Source: an uncultured Alphaproteobacteria bacterium
GTDB lineage: Bacteria; Pseudomonadota; Alphaproteobacteria; RF32; CAG-239
Direction: 5' to 3'
Assembly (NCBI GenBank): GCA_944391465.1
Contig: CALXTS010000005.1
Span: 2,942 to 66,941, forward strand
DNA: 64,000 bases
A program made the position numbers and the translations under genes. Positions 56,393 through 64,000 of this stretch are shown piece after piece. Within the stretch, counting starts at the first letter, position 1. Every line of letters begins with the position of its first letter. The notes under the pieces were generated by a model that searched no databases, was not told the DNA's origin, and saw only the letters and a list, made by a program, of their open reading frames with translations.

Positions 56393-57190
56393 TTAATATT
56401 TTCCTTTTCCTTGTAACAAAGATTCCGGATGCCGTTCAATATAATCGGCAAAATTCCGAAGAGCTTTAGCCGCAGAGCCGACATCATCAAGGGTTTGATT
56501 AAGTTGCCTGAAAGTATTTTCAGTCTGCGGAGATGTTCTATTAACGAGTTTGTTTAAGTTTATACCTAAAGTTTTAAATTGCGGTAATATTTGAGGTAAA
56601 TCTGTTTCTAAAGATTTTAAAATATTATCAGTACGAATTAAGATTTGTTTAAGAGGCATCTCTTGCAGTTCTTTAGAAACGCTGACACCGACGGAAGGTA
56701 CGGTTGGAATCTCAAAAGTCGTACGTGCCGGATGAAACTCTTTCTGCCGAAAAACGACCGGCGTGTTGGGTAACATTTGCAATTCAATCATCAATTGCCC
56801 GGTCAAGTAACTTTGATTAACCAGTCTGGCGCGCAAACCTTTTTGAATTAACTGTAAAAGTAAATCTTTTTTGCTGGATTTTGATGGAGCTTTTAATTCG
56901 GAAAAAGTTTCATCTTGTTGAAATTTAGCATAAACCGGGATACTGAAATCAAGGTTATCAGGACTTGTTAACAGTTCGATTTTAGAAACTTTTCCGACTT
57001 CCACGCCTTCAAAAATAACCGAAGAACCGACATTCAATCCTTTAATAGATTCTTCAAAATACATAACAACCATTCCTGAGTTATTAGGCATGGCTTTTTT
57101 CATAACAAAATGAATGATAATGCCGAACAAAATAAAAAATCCGGCAAAAACAAAGAATCCGATTAATCTTTTATTAGGCTCTTTTCGCAT
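56393..57190 (-). CDS. MlaD/MCE-domain protein
   Basis: IGFFV, FEESIKGLNVGSSV.FEGVEVGKV, GLRARL..SYLTGQL, YIERHPESLL.GK. Confidence 0.9.
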   Translation of the reverse strand: MRKEPNKRLIGFFVFAGFFILFGIIIHFVMKKAMPNNSGMVVMYFEESIKGLNVGSSVIFEGVEVGKVSKIELLTSPDNLDFSIPVYAKFQQDETFSELKAPSKSSKKDLLLQLIQKGLRARLVNQSYLTGQLMIELQMLPNTPVVFRQKEFHPARTTFEIPTVPSVGVSVSKELQEMPLKQILIRTDNILKSLETDLPQILPQFKTLGINLNKLVNRTSPQTENTFRQLNQTLDDVGSAAKALRNFADYIERHPESLLQGKGKY

Positions 57191-57944
57191 TTTCTTTTCC
57201 TCGGGTTAAAAAATTATAAATAGTTTCATTTGGCGGATTTTTAAGTAATTCGGAAGGATTTCCTCGAGCAAGAATACTTTTTGTATTACCGTCTAAATAA
57301 ATTGAATTTGTTCCGATATCAAAAATAGAAGCCAATTCATGCGTAACAATAATCATCGTTGTTCCCAAACTTTGATTAATATCAATAATAAGATTATCCA
57401 ACAGCTTGGAACTGACAGGATCCAATCCTGCGGAAGGTTCGTCAAAATACACAACATCAGGATCTAAAGCCAAAGCGCGAGCCAGTCCTGCACGTTTTTT
57501 CATTCCTCCGCTGATTTCGGAAGGATAGTATTCTTCAAAACCGGCCAATCCGACTAATGCCAGTTTTAAGGAAACCAAATCTTGAATGGTGGCTTCGGAA
57601 TAATCAGTATATTGTTGCAACGGCATAGCAATATTTTCGGCTAATGTCATGGAGCTGAATAAAGCTCCGCTCTGATATAAAATACCACATTTTTGCATAA
57701 TCTCTTTTTGTTTTTCGGAGGATGCAGAAACAAAATCAATTCCGTCAATCATAATTTTGCCGCTTGCCGGAGGCATTAATCCGGTCATAACACGAAGCAA
57801 ACTGCTTTTACCCGAACCTGAACCTCCCATAATAATAAAAACATCGCCTTTATTGACTGTAAAATCAGCATTTTTAAGTAAGATATTAGAGCCATAAGCT
57901 ACCGTCAAATCTTTAACATCTATTTTAACGTTTTTAGCAATCAT
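57174..57944 (-). CDS. MlaF-like ABC ATPase (second system)
   Basis: GGSGSGKS, YQSGALF, EISGGMKKRAGLARA, FDEPSAGLDP, VTHE. Confidence 0.9.
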   Translation of the reverse strand: MIAKNVKIDVKDLTVAYGSNILLKNADFTVNKGDVFIIMGGSGSGKSSLLRVMTGLMPPASGKIMIDGIDFVSASSEKQKEIMQKCGILYQSGALFSSMTLAENIAMPLQQYTDYSEATIQDLVSLKLALVGLAGFEEYYPSEISGGMKKRAGLARALALDPDVVYFDEPSAGLDPVSSKLLDNLIIDINQSLGTTMIIVTHELASIFDIGTNSIYLDGNTKSILARGNPSELLKNPPNETIYNFLTRGKENAKRA

Positions 57945-59053
57945 AGCCCCAACCCTTCACAAATAACGGTAATAATTCCGGTTATGACAATCATCCAGAC
58001 AATTGAGGAAACGACGGCTTTAGTTGTGGCAACGCCGACGCTATCGGCATTTCTGCCACAGTTAATTCCGTAATAACATCCGCATAGCGCAATGATATAG
58101 CCAAAAACGAGCCCGTGAAACACACCGACTAAAAAGTTTTTTAACCCGAAGGCATTCCAAGCATATTTCCAATATTCTTCTGGGGCAATATCCAACATAA
58201 CAACGCCGACAAACGCACCTCCAAGCATTCCGACAAAATCAGCCAGCATTGTCAACAACGGCATAGCAATAACTAAAGCACAAAGTCGAGGCAAAACCAA
58301 AAAATCGGTAATCGGGATTCCCATCGTTTTAAGCGCATCAATTTCTTCATTAACCTGCATGGTTCCGATAGTTGCCGCATAAGACGCTCCTGTGCGGCCG
58401 GCCATAATAATACCGGCCATGATTGCACCCATAATTCGAATCATTCCGATAGTAACCAAACTAGCAACGTAAATTTGAGCACCAAAATCTTTAAGTTGAA
58501 TAGCTCCGACAAAAGCCAAAATCAAGCCAACCATAAAACTGATAAGAGATACAATCCCGATAGCTTTCGGTCCACAAGCATCAAGAGCAAATAAAAAGTC
58601 AACCGGACGCATAATGGCTTTATGTGATATTAAACGAATAAAAGACTTTGTTGCATCGGAGATAAAAGAACATCCGCGATTAAAGGCATTCCATACTATA
58701 AGAGATAGATGTCCGATTTCTGTAAAAAAGTCTTCTTTTGTTTCTTTAGGTAAAGTTGGTTTTCTATCTACGGTAAGAGCAAGTTGTAACATGTGTTTCA
58801 AATCATTAGGAAGAGAAACAAAGTCAAACTTAATATTTTTGTGTTCGGCAGCTTTTGCAATCTGGAATAGAACCGAGAGCAAACTGGAATCCCAAAGAGT
58901 TAAATTGGTCGTTTCGATTTTAACGGATTTTATGTTTGAGTTTGCAATAAAAGAAAGAAGGCTCTCAAGTTTTTGCGGAGAATCAAAGTTAAGATAATCT
59001 CCTTTTAAAAATAACAGCAAAATGCCATCTGACTCTTTGAAATCCAAATTCAT
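57941..59053 (-). CDS. MlaE-like permease with N-terminal STAS-like domain (second system)
   Basis: N-terminal WDSS STAS-like segment; AGRTGASYAATIGTMQVNEEIDAL, VG.ATT.AVV. Confidence 0.9.
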   Translation of the reverse strand: MNLDFKESDGILLLFLKGDYLNFDSPQKLESLLSFIANSNIKSVKIETTNLTLWDSSLLSVLFQIAKAAEHKNIKFDFVSLPNDLKHMLQLALTVDRKPTLPKETKEDFFTEIGHLSLIVWNAFNRGCSFISDATKSFIRLISHKAIMRPVDFLFALDACGPKAIGIVSLISFMVGLILAFVGAIQLKDFGAQIYVASLVTIGMIRIMGAIMAGIIMAGRTGASYAATIGTMQVNEEIDALKTMGIPITDFLVLPRLCALVIAMPLLTMLADFVGMLGGAFVGVVMLDIAPEEYWKYAWNAFGLKNFLVGVFHGLVFGYIIALCGCYYGINCGRNADSVGVATTKAVVSSIVWMIVITGIITVICEGLGL

Positions 59054-59194
59054 AGTTTTTCCTTAAAGACACTAACTTGACGGTAAAGAATATTTTATAA
59101 AAAGTCAATTAAAAGCAAATATAATATCTGCTTTTTAGTATGTATAATCCAAAACGCAAAAAAGAAGAGATGTTGCTAAGAAATTATCTTAAAA

Positions 59195-59270
59195 TGGTGG
59201 AGCCAGGGAGGATCGAACTCCCGACCTGTTGATTGCGAACCAACCGCTCTCCCAACTGAGCTATGACCCC
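59195..59270 (-). tRNA. tRNA-Ala(CGC)
   Basis: GGGGTCATAGCTCAGTTGGGAGAGCGGTTGGTT-CGC-AATCAACAGGTCGGGAGTTCGATCCTCCCTGGCTCCACCA; G3:U70, encoded CCA. Confidence 0.95.
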
Positions 59271-59314
59271 ATTTTAATCAAAAAACCGCTAGCAATCGCA
59301 GCGGTTCAAAAAAA

Positions 59315-59390
<76 letters not shown>

Positions 59391-59481
59391 GATAACTGAT
59401 AGGAAATTATCTAATCTGATATCAGATGTCAATAATATTTTTAATATTTTTACCAAATAACAAAGATTAATCAGCAAAGAA

Positions 59482-59952
59482 TTAAGAATCTGCAGAGTAG
59501 CGTTTGGAAAAACCGCTTTTGCATCCTAAAGCCCAACTCATAATTAATTCTTTTTCATTTGTTAAAGTATCGGTCCTTTCAGCAATAATCTTAAAATCAT
59601 TTTTCTGATAAAAAGATATTGCCGGTAGATTTTTCACATAAACTTTTAGGCACAGATGAGAATATTTTTTTCGGATAAAAGAGAGTAATTTACTGCCGAT
59701 TTTTTTTCTCTGAAAAGAAGGATCCACAAACAATGCCGCAATATAATTATTTTCTGTAACACTAATAAAACCTTTAATTTTGCGTTTATCCTCAAAGACA
59801 AAAGTTTCGCTTTTAGGCAAATAAAAGTTTTGCATATTCTGGAGGTTATTTTTCCAATAAGCCGCATCAATAAAATGATGCGCTTTCAGAGAAGCGTCTA
59901 ACCATAATTGCGCAGCTTTTTCAAATTCTTTTGCGTTTATTTTTCGAATCAT
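59482..59952 (-). CDS. GNAT family N-acetyltransferase
   Basis: AHHFI..YW, GFIS, IAALFVDPSFQRKKIGSKLL, L.VY.KN..AISFYQKNDF. Confidence 0.9.
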   Translation of the reverse strand: MIRKINAKEFEKAAQLWLDASLKAHHFIDAAYWKNNLQNMQNFYLPKSETFVFEDKRKIKGFISVTENNYIAALFVDPSFQRKKIGSKLLSFIRKKYSHLCLKVYVKNLPAISFYQKNDFKIIAERTDTLTNEKELIMSWALGCKSGFSKRYSADS

Positions 59953-59962
59953 CTTAAAATAA

Positions 59963-59990
59963 AAACCCTCATTGCGTCCAACTGAGGGTT
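59963..59990 (-). terminator. Intrinsic terminator after parE
   Basis: AACCCTCA...TGAGGGTT stem; adjacent A-tract is a U-tract on the minus strand. Confidence 0.6.
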
Positions 59991-60028
59991 ATTATAAATA
60001 AAAGATGTTAATATAATCCCAACAAAAA

Positions 60029-62020
60029 CTAAATATCCAAATCATCAACAAATTTAGCGCGTTCGATAATAAACTTAAAACGCAATTCGGGATTTTTACC
60101 CATTAATCTTTCCACTTGCCGCCGCGTTTCAAAGGCTTCTTCTTTGCCTTCTTCGGTATTGGTGGAAGGAATCATAACGCGCAACAGCATGCGTTTTTTC
60201 TTATCCATGGTCGTTTCTTTGAGTTGTTGAGCGCTCATTTCTCCCAAACCTTTAAATCGACTGATATCAGGCTTTTGATTTCCTTTAACGACTTTTGCCA
60301 AGATACGGTCTTTGTCTTCATCGTCAAGGGCATAGTAGTTGTTACCGCCAACAGCAATTTTATATAAGGGAGGTGTTGCAATAAAAAGATGTCCGTTTTC
60401 AATCAATTTAGGCATCTGCTGATAGAAGAAAGTCATTAATAAAGAGGCGATATGAGCACCGTCAACATCGGCATCTGTCATAATGATAATTTTTTCGTAA
60501 CGCAAATTATCCTCATTATAATGTTCTTTGACACCACACCCGAGAGCCTCGCACATATCCTTAATCTCTTGGTTTTGCATAATTTTATCAAGAGAAGCGC
60601 TGGCAACGTTCAAAATTTTTCCGCGCAAAGGTAAAATTGCTTGTGTCATGCGGTCGCGACCCTGTTTGGCAGAACCGCCTGCGGAATCTCCCTCTACAAT
60701 AAATATTTCTGTATCTTTGGTAGAGGTGTGAGAGCAATCGGCTAATTTTCCGGGTAATCGAAGTCTTTTAGTCGGACTTTTTCGATTTTGAACTTTTTCT
60801 TCTTTCTTTTTTTTGCGGAATTCAGCTCGTTCAATAACGTATTCAATTAAAGCCGAAGCATTTTCAGGATCAGAAGACAGCCAATGGTCAAAAGAGTCTT
60901 TAACGGCAGATTCAACTAATCGAATAGCCTTTGTAGAGGTTAATTTATCTTTTGTTTGACCTTGGAATTGAGGATCTCTGATGAATACGGAAAGCATGAT
61001 GCAGGCATCGCTCAAAAAATCTTCAGCCGTGATTGCTGAAACTTTTTTAATGTTTGCCATATCTCCATATTCTTTCAAGCCTCGAATTAAAGCCGTCTTG
61101 AAGCCGATTTCATGGGTTCCGCCCTGAGGTGTAACCACCGTATTGCAGTAGGAATTACAAAAGCCGTTTTCATCTTCAGGCCAAGTAATCGCCCATTCGA
61201 CTTTACCTTCATCGTTAGCCAAATCGGCATCACCGGCAAACGGGCGTCTGTTAATGGTAGCGCGTGCTCCGACTTGATAATTTAAGAAATCTAACAAACC
61301 GTTAGGAAAACAAAGCTCGGCTTCTGTTGGAGTAGCTTCTCCTTCTCCGATAACTTCGGGGGCACATTTCCAGTTGATATGGATTCCCTTAAACAGGAAT
61401 GCTTTGGAACGAGCCATGCGAAAAACACGGTTTGGTTGCAGATTTGCGGTAGCACCGAAGATTTCCGGATCCGGCTTAAAGGTAATGGATGTTCCCCGAC
61501 GATTCGGCGCGTTTCCGATGAGTTCCAAAGGTCCTTGAGGATAACCTTTGGAGTATTCTTGCCGATAAAGTTTTCTATCGCGAGCAATCTCAACAATGAG
61601 CTTTTCTGATAAAGCGTTGACGACGGATAAACCGACACCGTGCAAACCGCCGGAAACTTTATAAGCCCCGCCGCCGAATTTACCGCCGGAGTGCAACATG
61701 GTTAAAATAACTTCCAAAGCAGATTTGTCGGGATATTTGGGATGAGGGTCAACAGGGATGCCTCGTCCGTTATCAATGATTGTAACCGAATAGTCGGCAT
61801 TGACTTGAATATCAATTTTATTAGCATAGCCGGCAACGGCTTCATCCATAGAGTTATCTAAGATTTCGGCAACCAGATGATGAAGAGCGGTTTCATCGGT
61901 ACCGCCGATATACATACCCGGCCGATGGCGGACAGGTTCCAATCCTTCCAAAACCTCAATACTGTTAGCGCTGTAATCTTTAACATCCGGCGCAGTAGAA
62001 CCTTCAAACAAATCAGCCAT
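60029..62020 (-). CDS. parE: DNA topoisomerase IV subunit B
   Basis: LEGLEPVRHRPGMYIG, EILDNSMDEA, GIPVDPHP, FIVEGDSAGGSAKQ, DADVDGAHI, RFKGLGEM; lacks the GyrB insert and carries ParE-type signatures. Confidence 0.93.
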   Translation of the reverse strand: MADLFEGSTAPDVKDYSANSIEVLEGLEPVRHRPGMYIGGTDETALHHLVAEILDNSMDEAVAGYANKIDIQVNADYSVTIIDNGRGIPVDPHPKYPDKSALEVILTMLHSGGKFGGGAYKVSGGLHGVGLSVVNALSEKLIVEIARDRKLYRQEYSKGYPQGPLELIGNAPNRRGTSITFKPDPEIFGATANLQPNRVFRMARSKAFLFKGIHINWKCAPEVIGEGEATPTEAELCFPNGLLDFLNYQVGARATINRRPFAGDADLANDEGKVEWAITWPEDENGFCNSYCNTVVTPQGGTHEIGFKTALIRGLKEYGDMANIKKVSAITAEDFLSDACIMLSVFIRDPQFQGQTKDKLTSTKAIRLVESAVKDSFDHWLSSDPENASALIEYVIERAEFRKKKKEEKVQNRKSPTKRLRLPGKLADCSHTSTKDTEIFIVEGDSAGGSAKQGRDRMTQAILPLRGKILNVASASLDKIMQNQEIKDMCEALGCGVKEHYNEDNLRYEKIIIMTDADVDGAHIASLLMTFFYQQMPKLIENGHLFIATPPLYKIAVGGNNYYALDDEDKDRILAKVVKGNQKPDISRFKGLGEMSAQQLKETTMDKKKRMLLRVMIPSTNTEEGKEEAFETRRQVERLMGKNPELRFKFIIERAKFVDDLDI

Positions 62021-62194
62021 AATATCCTCATTAAAAAAAACTGTTAATTGTGGCTAAAATATAGCAATTCTGCGGATTTTACAAGAGTTAAACTTCAATC
62101 TTAAACAAAAAACAGTATATTAAGGGTGGTCAAGTGGTTTAAAATCAAAAAAACACTTGCAAAAACATTAAATTAGCTATAGAAAGAGTCGCGA

Positions 62195-62305
62195 AAGAGA
62201 CGCATGGTGCGTTTCTCATAACACACGCAGGTAACGGGGGCTGCTTTTAAGCCTCACACCGGTGTCTTACAGAAGACCGAGAGCCTGCGGAGGTTTAACC
62301 GGAAA
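62195..62305 (+). promoter_or_regulatory. rpsB 5' leader (S2 autoregulatory RNA structure)
   Basis: ACACACGCAGG...CCTGCGGAGGTTTAACCGG with CGCAGG/CCTGCG stem and internal hairpins directly upstream of rpsB. Confidence 0.6.
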
Positions 62306-62319
62306 AAAAGGATAATAAA

Positions 62320-63120
62320 ATGGCACTTCCTACATTTACATTACGCCAGATGATAGAAGCCGGCGTACACTTCGGACACCACGCACGTCGTTGGAACCCG
62401 AAAATGGCTCCGTATATATACGGAAAAAAAGATAATATTCACATTATCGACTTACAAAAGACATACCCGATGCTTTATACCGCATTGGCAACAACAAGAG
62501 AGATTGCCGCTAACGGTGGAAAGATTTTGTTTGTAGGAACAAAAAGACAAGCACAGGATATCATTAAAGAACATGCCGAGAGATGCGGACAGTATTATGT
62601 AAACTATCGTTGGCTCGGCGGTATGCTGACAAACTGGAAAACCATTTACAAATCAATTACCCGCTTGGTAAAATTGAATGAAATGGCAGAAAAGAATGAA
62701 TATGCCGGCTATACCAAAAAAGAAATGCAAAATTTCAAAAAAGAGCAGGAAAAACTGAGTCAAGAACTCGGCGGTATCATGAACATGGGCGGACAGCCGG
62801 ATTTGGTATTTGTTGTAGATACCTGCAAAGAGTCATTGGCAATTAAAGAAGCTAAGAAACTCGGTATTCCGGTAATAGGAATTTGCGATACCAACTCTAA
62901 CCCTGAAGAAGTAGATTTACCGGTTCCGGGAAATGATGACGCCATTCGCGCCATTCAGTTCTACTGTGAGATGGTTTCATCAGCTGTTTTGGATGGAATC
63001 CAAGCACAGATAGCCGCTCAAGGTGTTAAAGTTGAAGAAATGGTAGAAGAAACAGCAGAAGCCAAACCAGCAAAGAAAAGAGCTTCCAAGAAAGCATCTT
63101 CAGAGGCTGCTGCCGAATAA
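62320..63120 (+). CDS. rpsB: 30S ribosomal protein S2
   Basis: EAGVHFGH, WNPKM, FVGTK, RWLGGMLTN, DTN, PGNDDA. Confidence 0.99.
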   Translation: MALPTFTLRQMIEAGVHFGHHARRWNPKMAPYIYGKKDNIHIIDLQKTYPMLYTALATTREIAANGGKILFVGTKRQAQDIIKEHAERCGQYYVNYRWLGGMLTNWKTIYKSITRLVKLNEMAEKNEYAGYTKKEMQNFKKEQEKLSQELGGIMNMGGQPDLVFVVDTCKESLAIKEAKKLGIPVIGICDTNSNPEEVDLPVPGNDDAIRAIQFYCEMVSSAVLDGIQAQIAAQGVKVEEMVEETAEAKPAKKRASKKASSEAAAE

Positions 63121-63224
63121 TTTCTAAACCGTTTTAGAAAATATTATCAAGAAAAACAAGCGGCGGTATTTACTTGAAAAAGGAAGAATATCGCCGCATT
63201 TTAATCGAAAAGAAGGAAACAAAG

Positions 63225-64000
63225 ATGACAGAGATTACAGCAGCTCAGGTAAAAGAGTTGAGAGAAACAACAGGCGCCGGAATGCTTGATTGTAAAAAGG
63301 CTTTGGTAGAAGCCAATGGAAACATGGAAGAAGCCGTTGACTGGTTGCGTAAAAAAGGATTGGCATCTGCGGCCAAAAAAGCCAGCCGTATCGCTGCCGA
63401 AGGTTTAGTTTCAGTATATGTTGAAGGAAACAAAGGCGCTGTTGTAGAAGTAAATTCAGAAACAGACTTTGTTGCAAAGAACGAGATTTTCCAAGAATAT
63501 GTAGCAGATGCTGCAATAGTAGCATTAAAGACTTCTGGCGAAGTATGCGACATGAAATCATTTAACTGCCCAAAATGCGGTAAAACTTTTGAAGAACGCC
63601 TGACAGATATGATTGCCAAGATTGGTGAAAACATGAATCTCCGTCGTGCAAAAGTTATAGAAGTTAACGAAGGTGTAGTTGCATCATACATTCACAATGC
63701 CGCCGGCCAAAATATCGGGAAAATTGGTGTGTTGGTTGCTTTGGAATCAAAAGCAGATAAAGCTAAATTAGCAGAATTGGGCAAACATATAGCCATGCAT
63801 ATCGCAGCCTCTAACCCAATAGCATTAAAGATTTCAGATGTAGATCCTGCGGCTGTAGAGCATGAGAAATCAATTTTTGCAGAACAAGCAAAAGCATCAG
63901 GCAAACCGGCTAATATTATTGAAAAAATGGTAGAAGGTCGCGTCCGTAAATTTTATGATGAAGTTGTTCTTGAAGAACAGGCTTACATTATGGATCCTGA
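63225..64000 (+). CDS. tsf: Elongation factor Ts (3'-truncated by window edge)
   Basis: Not in ORF track (no stop in window). MTEITAAQVKELRETTGAGMLDCKKAL..LRKKG..AAEGLV..EVNSETDFVA..IGENM..AMHIAA..GKPANIIEKMVEG. Confidence 0.98.
   Translation, partial: MTEITAAQVKELRETTGAGMLDCKKALVEANGNMEEAVDWLRKKGLASAAKKASRIAAEGLVSVYVEGNKGAVVEVNSETDFVAKNEIFQEYVADAAIVALKTSGEVCDMKSFNCPKCGKTFEERLTDMIAKIGENMNLRRAKVIEVNEGVVASYIHNAAGQNIGKIGVLVALESKADKAKLAELGKHIAMHIAASNPIALKISDVDPAAVEHEKSIFAEQAKASGKPANIIEKMVEGRVRKFYDEVVLEEQAYIMDP

Noticed and set aside
63235-63904. Minus-strand ORFs at the window end
   Set aside because: Antisense shadows of tsf, which the ORF track omits because it has no stop in the window.

Overview
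AT-rich chromosomal window from an alphaproteobacterium. The gene order (rpoH-rluD, dksA-fliX, dnaQ-coaE, rho-mnmE-mnmG-rsmG-parA-parB, mlaEF-radA-cvpA, ffs-dnaX-ybaB-recR, lpoA/rsmI-yraN, ialB-rlmN, parE, rpsB-tsf) suggests a Rhodospirillales-like lineage; the taxonomy is inferred, not shown. The window very likely contains oriC in the coaE-rho gap (DnaA boxes, CtrA-like boxes), with three intragenic parS sites nearby. Most genes are housekeeping. Five items stand out. (1) A ~7-8 kb operon built around a solitary VirD4-type coupling protein, with two paralogous novel membrane proteins, upstream proteins bearing possible T4SS translocation-signal domains, and a downstream HNH-like/SUKH toxin-immunity pair. 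(2) A solitary C4/CI-like antisense RNA switch in front of an XRE gene. (3) An A9 slippage site in dnaX with immediate stops in both shifted frames. (4) An ATP-grasp ligase plus M14 deacylase cassette behind a Leu-rich leader peptide. (5) An HD-HD-PHP-PHP phosphoesterase cassette between mnmG and rsmG. All family calls come from motif recognition by eye; no searches were run. I saw no CRISPR array, rRNA, integrase or transposase.
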